Below the pieces are notes generated by a model. The model was not told where the DNA came from. It saw only the letters and a program-made list of their open reading frames with translations, and did no database searches. Shown here piece after piece: positions 49,874-59,102 of a DNA stretch of 64,000 nucleotides (positions are counted from its first letter, which is position 1; each line of letters starts with the position of its first letter). The stretch is from an uncultured bacterium (GTDB taxonomy: Bacteria > Babelota > Babeliae > Babelales > Vermiphilaceae). The stretch spans positions 608,001 to 672,000 of the forward strand of contig OY970172.1 in the NCBI GenBank assembly GCA_963707655.1. Reading direction: 5' to 3'. Made by a program: the position numbers and the translations under genes.

Positions 49874-50884
49874 ATGCACTACCCTTATTCCCTTTCATTG
49901 CTAGCAACATTTTGCACTGCCCTTTTTGGGTCCATCTTCTTAGGCAAGCTGTTCATAGGTCATGCTCCCGGCTTTTTTAGGGCGCGGGTGCGGGAATATA
50001 CCCCAATGCAACATCAGCAAAAAAACAACACTCCAACGATGGGAGGGATATTTATTATAGCCGCTACCCTTTTAGGCTGCGCGTATGCGTGGCGTTCTTT
50101 GTACAACCCGTCAGCTATTCTCTTGTTAACCAGCTTAGTAAGCTTTGGCCTGATAGGCTTTGTTGATGACTGGAATAAGCTTGTTTTTCTTAAAGGGATT
50201 TCTGCCCGCGCAAAATTCATTGCGCAATGGGCAACGGCGTTTATTGTAGCTTTGGCGCTTGTCTTTTGGGTGCACACCCCCACCGGCATCACCATTCCCC
50301 TGCTTGGCTGGCACTTTGACCTGGGTGCTTTCTATATTCCTTGGGCCATGTTTGTGATTGTCTCAACTTGCAATGCGGTAAATCTTACTGATGGGCTCGA
50401 TGGATTGGCCAGTCTGGTGCTTTTACCCAATCTCATTCTCTTTAGCACACTTGCGCTGTGCACTGGCACTTTCTTTTGTGCCACGCACTATCATCTTTTT
50501 CCGGTAGAAAACACGCCATTGGCATTAGTGACCATTGCCGCTATTGGCGCTCTTATTGGCTTTCTGTGGTATAACAAATATCCGGCAAAAGTTTTTATGG
50601 GAGACGTTGGCTCTTTGGGCCTTGGAGCATTTTACGCAACGCTTGCACTCATGACCAAGCAAGAGCTGTTGATCCCTATAGCCGGTGGCGTATTTGTGAT
50701 TGAAAATCTTTCAGTATTACTTCAAGTTTTTTGGTATAAACGGTATAAAAAGCGCATTTTTAAAATGGCACCGCTGCACCATCATTTTGAATTGAGCGGC
50801 TGGCCAGAGACAAAAGTTACCCTGATGTTTGGCGCCTGCTCAGCATTGCTCTCTTTGCTCGCCGCGATTATCGCTTACTGGTAA
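49874..50884 (+). CDS. mraY: Phospho-N-acetylmuramoyl-pentapeptide transferase
   Basis: TPTMGG, GFVDD, NAVNLTDGLDGL, VFMGDVGS, MAPLHHHFE. Confidence 0.97.
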   Translation: MHYPYSLSLLATFCTALFGSIFLGKLFIGHAPGFFRARVREYTPMQHQQKNNTPTMGGIFIIAATLLGCAYAWRSLYNPSAILLLTSLVSFGLIGFVDDWNKLVFLKGISARAKFIAQWATAFIVALALVFWVHTPTGITIPLLGWHFDLGAFYIPWAMFVIVSTCNAVNLTDGLDGLASLVLLPNLILFSTLALCTGTFFCATHYHLFPVENTPLALVTIAAIGALIGFLWYNKYPAKVFMGDVGSLGLGAFYATLALMTKQELLIPIAGGVFVIENLSVLLQVFWYKRYKKRIFKMAPLHHHFELSGWPETKVTLMFGACSALLSLLAAIIAYW

Positions 50885-52157
50885 GACAGTACATCAATGC
50901 GCCGCCAACAAGCAATGCCAAAAACCCTACAAGTTGTCCGGCTGTCCCACTAGAAAAACCGCGTGCGCAGGCAAAAATCAATATAGCACAATTGATTAAC
51001 GCAAGAACGATAAGCCAGGGATTCTTTACCGACCGCTTGTAATACCATGCGCAGAATAGTGCCGCGACACTCAACGTGTAGGCAATAATTGAGCCAAGAA
51101 CGCTGGTTAATTGCAAGGGGACCTGGCTTCCTGCACTCATATACAGATAAAAACAGGCGATCACCCCTTCAGTTAACACACAGGCAAAAGGAATGCCCTG
51201 CGCGTTCATTCTGGTAAACAGTTTCGGAAAAAAAGTATGTTTGCGTTCGGCCAATGAATAAAGGTTCCAGCTGTTGCTATACAAAATGCCATAACTACCG
51301 CCCAGCGCCGATGCGGCAATAGCGAGATTAAGCAGAACATGCAAAAACGCAAAAGAAGCAACGTGCGGTCCAAATAAAGCTGCTAAGAGAGAAGGAAATG
51401 CGCCCAGATAACTATGCTGTGCTATTAATTGTTGCCCGACGGCGGCACAAAACAAAAATTGATACAAAACATAGAGCCCCACAACACAGGCATAAGAAAT
51501 AAAAATTGCCAATGGACCGTTTCTGCGGGCATTTTCAATTTGAGAGCTTAAAGAAACCGTGGCTTCAAAGCCTAAAAAGGCATAAATAACGAGCGGAATG
51601 GCAGAGAGAATACCACTATAAACTCCGGTGCTTACCACAAAATTGGCGGGATTAATGCAATAGAGCCCAACGAGTATTACAAATACCACCGGCACAATTT
51701 TAATAGCCGTGAGCCAGCCCTGAATAGTTTTGCCGGTACGCATATTAAACATGTTAAGCAGAATGAACAAAGAGAGGATAAAAATATCGAGGACAAAAAC
51801 GTTCACCCGAGCGAGAGCCGGGATAATTTGCTGACACAGTAAAAAAGCGGTGTGTATCAGGAGCATGGCTGAGCCCAATTTGCCTATAAAATAGCTCCAC
51901 GCACTCATAAAACCGGCAAACGGATGTATCTCTTGGGCGGCAAAGGCATAAAAGCCACCGCTTGGGTACAAGCGCACCATTGATGCGATAGAAATGATTA
52001 AAGGCAACATCAAAACACCCACCAAAGCGTAAGCCAAACAACTTAAAAATCCTGCTCGCTTTGCCAATTCAACGGTATTTATAAAAATACCGGCTCCCAT
52101 CATAATATTTATATTAATTAAAATGGCCGATTTAAGAGATAATTTCTCTGTATTCAT
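50868..52157 (-). CDS. APC family amino acid permease
   Basis: NIMMGAGIF, PSGGFYAF, YAFLGFE; about 12 TMs. Confidence 0.9.
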   Translation of the reverse strand: MNTEKLSLKSAILININIMMGAGIFINTVELAKRAGFLSCLAYALVGVLMLPLIISIASMVRLYPSGGFYAFAAQEIHPFAGFMSAWSYFIGKLGSAMLLIHTAFLLCQQIIPALARVNVFVLDIFILSLFILLNMFNMRTGKTIQGWLTAIKIVPVVFVILVGLYCINPANFVVSTGVYSGILSAIPLVIYAFLGFEATVSLSSQIENARRNGPLAIFISYACVVGLYVLYQFLFCAAVGQQLIAQHSYLGAFPSLLAALFGPHVASFAFLHVLLNLAIAASALGGSYGILYSNSWNLYSLAERKHTFFPKLFTRMNAQGIPFACVLTEGVIACFYLYMSAGSQVPLQLTSVLGSIIAYTLSVAALFCAWYYKRSVKNPWLIVLALINCAILIFACARGFSSGTAGQLVGFLALLVGGALMYCLTSKR

Positions 52158-52334
52158 AATAAAAAGTTCCTCGATTAATACATCAGATTTTTATACAGTA
52201 GCACGAAAAGCAGAAGAGGTCACTGGGAAATTGCGTAAAATAGCGGACTTTTTCCCGTTTATCTGGTTATTTTTCAATGTTTTAGTATAATAAAAGTGTT
52301 AACAACTCTTATAAAATATCGTATTGATCTGATC

Positions 52335-53468
52335 ATGAACCAGCCATTTCGCTTTGAACTCATTCACCAATCAAAAAAATCCCGTGCGCGCGTGGGCAGA
52401 ATTCACACGCCTCATGGCATTATTGATACCCCCAATTTTGTTGGAGTGGGCACCAATGCTACGCTCAAGGCTCTTGATAGCGAAGCGGTTAACGCCCTTG
52501 GCCTGCAACTTATGTTTTGCAACACCTACCACTTAATGCTGCAACCGGGAACTCAGACCATTAAAAAAGCCGGTGGCCTGCACTCATTTATTAATCGCTC
52601 AATGCCTATCATTACTGATTCAGGCGGCTTTCAAGTATTTAGCCTTGCCTATGGCGGCGTAAAAGATGAATTAAAAAGTCGCGGACAAAAAAAAATTAAT
52701 AACTCGGTGTTGAAAATCAACGAAGACGGGGTTCTCTTTCGCTCATATCGCGATGGGGAAAAAATACTTCTTACACCGGAAACATCTATTGCTGCCCAAA
52801 AAGATCTGGGCGCCGATATTATCATCCCCTTTGATGAGTTGCCTCCCTACCATATTGATCAAAACAAACTTAAAGCATCACTTGAGCGTACTCATCGGTG
52901 GGAAAAGCGATCTCTTGATGCACATTTGCAATCCCCCAACAACCAAGCAATGTATGCGGTAATTCATGGCGGCATTGATCAAAAAATGCGCGCACAAAGC
53001 TGCAATTACTTAACTTCATTGCCATTTGATGGCTTTGCTATTGGCGGCTCGTTGGGCAAAACGCGCCAAGAAATGTTTGATCTGCTTAATTTCACCATGC
53101 CCTTGCTCCCGACTGATAAACCAAATCACCTCTTGGGTATTGGCGATCTAGCATCTTTGGAATATTGCATCAGCCAGGGAATTGACACTTTTGACAGCTC
53201 ACACCCGACACGATGCGCACGCCACGGTCTCTTGTTTACGTTTCAGGGAACAATAAAAATAGTTCATGCGAGCAACAAGGAGAACTTTAACCCCATTGAT
53301 AAACAATGCGCATGCATGGTATGTCAGCGCTACACCTTGGCCTACATACATCACCTATTCAAAGCAAACGAAATGACCGGATATACACTGGCCACCATAC
53401 ACAATTTACACTTTATGGTGCAATTAATGAAATCTTATAGAAACGCTATTTTGGAGGACAAAATCTAA
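52335..53468 (+). CDS. tgt: tRNA-guanine transglycosylase
   Basis: ARVGRIHTPHG, NTYHL, TDSGGFQVFSL, HLLGIG, CACMVC..Y...HN. Confidence 0.96.
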   Translation: MNQPFRFELIHQSKKSRARVGRIHTPHGIIDTPNFVGVGTNATLKALDSEAVNALGLQLMFCNTYHLMLQPGTQTIKKAGGLHSFINRSMPIITDSGGFQVFSLAYGGVKDELKSRGQKKINNSVLKINEDGVLFRSYRDGEKILLTPETSIAAQKDLGADIIIPFDELPPYHIDQNKLKASLERTHRWEKRSLDAHLQSPNNQAMYAVIHGGIDQKMRAQSCNYLTSLPFDGFAIGGSLGKTRQEMFDLLNFTMPLLPTDKPNHLLGIGDLASLEYCISQGIDTFDSSHPTRCARHGLLFTFQGTIKIVHASNKENFNPIDKQCACMVCQRYTLAYIHHLFKANEMTGYTLATIHNLHFMVQLMKSYRNAILEDKI

Positions 53469-54211
53469 TGAAAACAATTACATCTCTTACTAATCCCGAC
53501 ATTAAATACCTTACCAGTCTGCATACAGCAAAAGGACGTGCTCAGCATAATCAATTTATTGCCGAAGGCATTCGCATCTGCCAAACATTAATCGATGGCT
53601 CTATTAAATTGGCACGTTTATATACTACACATGAAATGCTCACTCAAGCACAACAGATGGCTTCTGACGATCGCATTACCACTGTTTCGGTAAAAATAAT
53701 GGAAAAAATAAGCCCAAGCGTCAGCCCAAGCGGCATCATGGGAGTGTTCACCATACCAAAACCACTTGATCTTGCAGATCTTGGCTCCGGCTTAGTACTT
53801 GCTCAAATTTCTGACCCGGGCAACATGGGTGCTCTGATTCGTTCAGCTGCGGCTCTTGGCGCTAGATCGGTTGTAGTGGTTGAAGGGGCTGATATATGGA
53901 ATCCTAAAGTAGTTCAGGCAAGTGCAGGAACTCTGGGCAACGTAAAAATATTTCGCCCAAGCTGGCAAGAATTACTCGACGCTAAAGGCAACCTCAAACT
54001 CCACGCGCTTGTTGTAGAGGGTGGAGCGTCACCTGAAGCAGTTAATAAACGAGATTGCCTTCTTGTTGTTGGCAACGAAGCTCATGGCATTAATCCTGCC
54101 TGGCTCGCTCAATGCGACCAAGAGATAACTCTTTCTATGCCGGGGAAAATTGAAAGCCTTAATGCTGCAGTAGCCGGTTCTATTGCTTTATATATGGTTT
54201 TTGCACGCTAA
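53468..54211 (+). CDS. TrmH/SpoU family RNA methyltransferase
   Basis: DPGNMGALIRSA, VGNEAHG, ESLNAAVA. Confidence 0.93.
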   Translation: MKTITSLTNPDIKYLTSLHTAKGRAQHNQFIAEGIRICQTLIDGSIKLARLYTTHEMLTQAQQMASDDRITTVSVKIMEKISPSVSPSGIMGVFTIPKPLDLADLGSGLVLAQISDPGNMGALIRSAAALGARSVVVVEGADIWNPKVVQASAGTLGNVKIFRPSWQELLDAKGNLKLHALVVEGGASPEAVNKRDCLLVVGNEAHGINPAWLAQCDQEITLSMPGKIESLNAAVAGSIALYMVFAR

Positions 54212-54254
54212 AGAAACGCTTTTGAATCATTCGTGTAACTGGCTGCAATAGGTT

Positions 54255-55235
54255 ATGAGGTTATCATTAATTTCACGGATCGGGGCATGGCTGCTTAATT
54301 TTATCGATTTGCAGCTTTTTCTGATGTGTGTAAGCTTGCCGATTCTCATTGGTTGGGGAATTCCCCTGTCAGCGGCATCGCTGCTGGGCAATCTCATTTT
54401 TATGCCATTTTTAACCATGTTTCTTCTGCTCGCTTCGATAATATTTTTTTGTGAGTTATTACATATTCCCCAGGGAATACTCATATATTGTCTTGAAAAA
54501 GTCAGCTCTTGCTGGCTTTTTTGCATGCAGTTTGGTCAGCGCGATTGGCTTTTTGGCTTTCCATCGCTTCCTCTTGCCTTCCTCCTTATACTCACACTCA
54601 TTCCTTTCTTGATTATCTGCTCCCGCCACATTACACAACAATCAAAGCGCATAGGCTTTTTTATTCTGTTTCTCACCGCGTTATATGGGGTCAGCCATGT
54701 ATGGCAGAGTAGAAAAAGTGCGTCATTTTGTATCCAATCGGGCCGAGGCAAATGGCAAGGCTTGCATGCCCATAACCAAATCGTATTGATTGATGTTCAA
54801 GCCAGCAGCAGCATAAAAAAACCCTCATCAACCATTGATTACACGCTCATTCCTCAATTAATAAAAGAAACAGGCTCTTTTGCCATAGATCACTTGATTA
54901 TTACTAAGCCCGGCAAAGCAACATTTGAAACGCTTGATCACTTGCTGCGCAAAACAACGGTAAGACACCTGTATATTGCCTGGTGGGAAGGCAAACCCTC
55001 AAAGCATTTTTGGCGTAATTTTTTTACCTTAAAAGAGACAATGAAACAGACCGGATGCTGCTGTCATGTTATAAAAAACAAACCGGTTAGCATAATGCTT
55101 AGCGAAGCAGAAAAGATTGAAATCGAACCCGACAAGATAGTGCTCAATAGCACGAAAGAGATTTCATATCCCGCCTTTATTATTCGGCATGTAATTGACA
55201 ATAAAACTGACACCCTTTATGATGCATCACAATAG
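54255..55235 (+). CDS. ComEC/Rec2-like membrane protein (C-terminal part, degenerate MBL-like domain)
   Basis: SLLGNLIFMPF membrane segment, then VLIDV...IDHLIIT lacking the HxHxDH motif. Confidence 0.55.
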   Translation: MRLSLISRIGAWLLNFIDLQLFLMCVSLPILIGWGIPLSAASLLGNLIFMPFLTMFLLLASIIFFCELLHIPQGILIYCLEKVSSCWLFCMQFGQRDWLFGFPSLPLAFLLILTLIPFLIICSRHITQQSKRIGFFILFLTALYGVSHVWQSRKSASFCIQSGRGKWQGLHAHNQIVLIDVQASSSIKKPSSTIDYTLIPQLIKETGSFAIDHLIITKPGKATFETLDHLLRKTTVRHLYIAWWEGKPSKHFWRNFFTLKETMKQTGCCCHVIKNKPVSIMLSEAEKIEIEPDKIVLNSTKEISYPAFIIRHVIDNKTDTLYDASQ

Positions 55236-55270
55236 ACATTTCAAGTATCAGGGAAATTTAAAGGATATAT

Positions 55271-55807
55271 ATGGCTGAAAGACAAGTAGTTTTTGTTGTC
55301 GCAAGTAGAGACTATCAACCCATAGAATATCAGGTCCCCAAACATCTTATTGAACAAGCAGGTTTCACCGTTTTAACCGCGAGTGATAAATCGGGAACTG
55401 CTCTTGCAAAAGATGGCTCAACCACCCACGTCGATCTTCTTCTTGACGCTTTTGACCCTACCGATTATGATGCGGTAGTTTTTATCGGCGGTCCGGGCGC
55501 TTTAGAATTCCTTGATAACAAAAAAAGCTATGATGTACTGAAAAAAGCAGCTGAAGCAAAAATAATTATCGCCGCTATATGCCTTTCAACCCGTATTCTT
55601 GCCAAATCAGGCATTCTAAAAAACAAAAAAGCCACCGGCTGGAATGATGATAAAGATCTTGAAGATATTTATAAAGAATACGGCGTTAACTATAAACTCA
55701 GCGATGTGGTCGTTGATGGTTCAATAATTACTGCCGTTGGCCCTGCTGCCGCGCGCGAATTTGCAGAAAATATCATCAGCTTATTGAGTGATAAATATAG
55801 TAAATAA
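55271..55807 (+). CDS. DJ-1/PfpI family protein
   Basis: YDAVVFIGG, AAIC, VVVDGSIITA.GP. Confidence 0.92.
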   Translation: MAERQVVFVVASRDYQPIEYQVPKHLIEQAGFTVLTASDKSGTALAKDGSTTHVDLLLDAFDPTDYDAVVFIGGPGALEFLDNKKSYDVLKKAAEAKIIIAAICLSTRILAKSGILKNKKATGWNDDKDLEDIYKEYGVNYKLSDVVVDGSIITAVGPAAAREFAENIISLLSDKYSK

Positions 55808-55830
55808 AAAACATATTTTTGGGAGAAGTA

Positions 55831-56037
55831 ATGATTAGAATTAATAATCTTTTTATTTTATCTCTATTACTCACCACAAGCGCACTGCATAGCATGGATG
55901 CATCGAATAACGATCTCGGAGCCCGGAGGGTGGTCATACTTAAACAACTATTATTACAAGTATCTTTAATGTCAAATGACAGTAAGAAGTGTTATGATCG
56001 AATAACCATCCTGGAAAAAACCTATGAACAAAATTAA
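55831..56037 (+). CDS. Short secreted orphan or gene remnant
   Basis: Signal peptide nearly identical to that of the next gene. Confidence 0.5.
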   Translation: MIRINNLFILSLLLTTSALHSMDASNNDLGARRVVILKQLLLQVSLMSNDSKKCYDRITILEKTYEQN

Positions 56038-56092
56038 TAACATCTTTATTTTATCTCTATTACTCACCACAAGCGCACTGCATAGCATGGAT
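55852..56092 (+). repeat. 48-bp perfect direct repeat (55852-55899 and 56045-56092) encoding a signal peptide
   Basis: TTTATTTTATCTCTATTACTCACCACAAGCGCACTGCATAGCATGGAT occurs twice. Confidence 0.92.
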
Positions 56093-56431
56093 AATAGGCC
56101 TGATAATTCAGGCAACAATCCGCTGGATCCTCAGGCTTTAATGCAGTTGGCCGGGCCATTACTTGTTGGTAAAAGAATAATAATTATCGGCAAGTCATCT
56201 GAAATGGCCTCCGAAGGATCGTACCGTGGCAATGGCAGGTACCTTGGCAGCAGAACTACAAAATGGTATCACGAGTTAGCAATAACACTAGAAGACAAAA
56301 CTCCACCTTTAACACCTGAAGCATCTGATGACGAACAAGACAATCAGGATGTGCCAAGCGAACTAGACAGCTGGAACGAAAAAGTAAGAGAAGTGAAAGA
56401 AGCTCAGTACGATAGTTGCACCATTTCTTGA
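56024..56431 (+). CDS. Hypothetical secreted protein
   Basis: Signal peptide ending LHS-MDN; C-terminus ...SCTIS. Confidence 0.65.
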   Translation: MNKINNIFILSLLLTTSALHSMDNRPDNSGNNPLDPQALMQLAGPLLVGKRIIIIGKSSEMASEGSYRGNGRYLGSRTTKWYHELAITLEDKTPPLTPEASDDEQDNQDVPSELDSWNEKVREVKEAQYDSCTIS

Positions 56432-56482
56432 TGTGACAAACGTATCCCCGCAGCGATAATACCGCACATAAAAAAGAGAGTA

Positions 56483-57700
56483 ATGAAGAGAATAACTCTA
56501 TTTATTTTTAGTCTCGTTTTAATTATTATCGGCTGTATTTATTATCATTTCATATATGTGAACCATGATGCTAAAACAGCCGACCCTCTTTTAGTCGTGG
56601 TTATCATGGTAAAAGATGAAGAAGCGGTGATTGTTGAAACACTCGATCCATTCGTACAAGGCGGCATTGATGCATTTCTTGTTTTTGACACTGGCTCCAC
56701 TGACAAAACTATTGAGCGCATAACCGGCTACTTTAAAGACAAAAAAATTACTCGCTTTGCCATAGAACAAGAACCTTTTATAGATTTTGCAACATCGCGC
56801 AATCGCGGGCTTGAATTGGCAGAAAAACATTTTCCCCATGCGGGATTTTTTATTATGCCGGATGCGGAATGGTATATTCATGGTGCCGATGCCTTGTGTG
56901 CTTTTTGCAAGCAGATGCTGCCTTTTGAAGAGTATGGGCTCTATGCGATGGAGACATTTTTCAAAGAAAATTGTAATCATTACGATGTCCCGCGTCTATT
57001 CCGCGCCAAATCACATATCAGATTTAAGGGAGTAGTGCATGAAATTCCTGCGTATAGTGGCATTATTATAAAAATTCCCGCGCAAATCTGGATAGAGCAT
57101 CGTTCATCAGAGTATGGTGATGAAAAGACCATAAAACGCGTGCATCGTGACATCAAACTATTAAGCGCCGAGCTTGAAAAGAATCCTGAAGATACGCGCA
57201 CCCTCTTTTATTTGGCCCAATCATACACGGTATTGGGCGATTATCATACGGCAATTAAATACCTGAAACAAAGAGTACAATATGGCGGGTTCGAAGAAGA
57301 ATATTTTGTTGCATTGCTGCGCATGGGCCAAATGTATGAACAATTATTTTTCAGAGGAGAAGCAAGCTGGCACGATGCAGAAGATGCATTTTTGCGCGCA
57401 GCGCGAAGCCACCCAAGCCGCTTGGAGCCATTGATTCATCTGGCGAATCATTATATGCATTATCACAATCCGCAATTGGCTTATGAATACGCCTTGAAGG
57501 CTTGCAATACCGCTTATCCCCATGAAGATGGCCTATTTATCAATAAAGAATTATATGACTTTGATCGTTGGAACATTTTGGCACGCGTGGCTGCGAATCT
57601 TAATAAATGGGATGAGGCAGAAACAGCCGCTTATGTGGCGCTCAAGACACATTCTGATATTCCTGAATTGCGTGCTATTCTTGCACACAACAAAGCATAA
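56483..57700 (+). CDS. GT2 family glycosyltransferase with TPR repeats
   Basis: MVKDEE, DTGSTD, DFATSRN, PDAE, GVVHE, FYLAQSY TPR region. Confidence 0.85.
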   Translation: MKRITLFIFSLVLIIIGCIYYHFIYVNHDAKTADPLLVVVIMVKDEEAVIVETLDPFVQGGIDAFLVFDTGSTDKTIERITGYFKDKKITRFAIEQEPFIDFATSRNRGLELAEKHFPHAGFFIMPDAEWYIHGADALCAFCKQMLPFEEYGLYAMETFFKENCNHYDVPRLFRAKSHIRFKGVVHEIPAYSGIIIKIPAQIWIEHRSSEYGDEKTIKRVHRDIKLLSAELEKNPEDTRTLFYLAQSYTVLGDYHTAIKYLKQRVQYGGFEEEYFVALLRMGQMYEQLFFRGEASWHDAEDAFLRAARSHPSRLEPLIHLANHYMHYHNPQLAYEYALKACNTAYPHEDGLFINKELYDFDRWNILARVAANLNKWDEAETAAYVALKTHSDIPELRAILAHNKA

Positions 57701-57746
57701 ATAAAACTCAAGGCCGATGAAAAATGGGCTGTTGATTGAGCTTTGT

Positions 57747-58517
57747 TTAATGCTGATAAAATTTGTTAACCCATTTTTCTATGCGTTCTTCTACTACGGG
57801 CCAATTGATATTATCCCACATTACTTTTAAATATTCTGCGCGGTTAATGCCAAAATCAATCATATAAGCATGTTCATACGTATCAATCATTAAAATGGGC
57901 AATACCAGGACCGGTACCGTCTCATTGTGCGCATCAAGAAGAAAATTAGAAACCAGATTGTCAGCTATGCAAAACCCAGTCATTACCCAACCACGCGCGC
58001 AACCGGCGGTGGCAATGAGATCTTTTTTAAAGGCCTCGATAGAGCCAAAGTTTTTGATTAACAGTGCGCGCGTCTGAGGACCCATCTCTTTGTTATTACC
58101 GCCTAAATTATCAAAATAAAGTTCATGCAAAAGTGCTCCGTTTAATGAAAAAGTTTCTGCAACCTTTAATGCCCTGAGCGGCGCATAGCTGGCAGCAACT
58201 TCATCTTTGTTTACACGGTAGAGCGCTTGTTCTATTTCGTTTCTTTTTTTTACGTATCCTTGATACAGCTTTTCATGCTGCTCAAGCTGTGATTTGGTTA
58301 ACCCATGAATAGTGGCAAAATCGAACGTACGTGGTTGATAATTATGAAGAACAGGAGCTGTTGCCTTTGCTTCTTCCGCTGTGTCCGCCACCGCTTTTTT
58401 CCCCAACACGATGGTATCAGTTGATTGCGACTCTCGCTGCTGGGTCACCCTGAAAATAAACAGCATGACAACAACGGTAAGTAGCGCAGTGACACCGTGA
58501 GAAAAAAATGAACGCAT
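57747..58517 (-). CDS. Fe/Mn superoxide dismutase family protein with N-terminal membrane anchor
   Basis: H..LYQGYV, LHELYF, FGS...F, DTYEHAY, NINW. Confidence 0.85.
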   Translation of the reverse strand: MRSFFSHGVTALLTVVVMLFIFRVTQQRESQSTDTIVLGKKAVADTAEEAKATAPVLHNYQPRTFDFATIHGLTKSQLEQHEKLYQGYVKKRNEIEQALYRVNKDEVAASYAPLRALKVAETFSLNGALLHELYFDNLGGNNKEMGPQTRALLIKNFGSIEAFKKDLIATAGCARGWVMTGFCIADNLVSNFLLDAHNETVPVLVLPILMIDTYEHAYMIDFGINRAEYLKVMWDNINWPVVEERIEKWVNKFYQH

Positions 58518-58667
58518 GAATAACTCCTTGATTATCGACTTTTTTGTTTACCCTAACAAAAATGCATCTTCCATGACTATATTTACTATGAAGAAACACT
58601 TGCTTATTATGAGGTAGTTTTATAAGGTGAACTTAAATTTAATTATTTGAACAGAGAAGGAAAGAAA

Positions 58668-59102
58668 ATGCTTTCATTTTTTGCCGATTTTTTCTTATCA
58701 GAATGGCTGTGGAGCGTTACATGGGGCATGTACCACATCCCAATCAATATTTTTATTATGTTCTTGCTGACCAAGTTAACGGTGCATTACGGATCACGCT
58801 CAACGTTAGCCTTAACAGTTTCAGCAAATATTTTTGGCCTTGTAGCATTTACTGTTTTGGTTGGGAGCATCATCATCTTTGTTGTAGGACTCAACTATTT
58901 ACCCTCAGAAAGTGCCTACAGCGGTGAATATAGCAGCTTTGTGGCATCTTTATTTTTGGGAATTTTTTATGCGTTGTTGCAATCGTTCTTTTTTTATTTG
59001 ATTAATAAAAGATACCGCATTCAACTCTTGCATATGATTGCCATTGCTATGCTGAGCAATATTATGACTGCTCAGGTTGTTTATCTTTTACTAAATCATT
59101 AA
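58668..59102 (+). CDS. Hypothetical membrane protein
   Basis: About four hydrophobic segments. Confidence 0.65.
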   Translation: MLSFFADFFLSEWLWSVTWGMYHIPINIFIMFLLTKLTVHYGSRSTLALTVSANIFGLVAFTVLVGSIIIFVVGLNYLPSESAYSGEYSSFVASLFLGIFYALLQSFFFYLINKRYRIQLLHMIAIAMLSNIMTAQVVYLLLNH

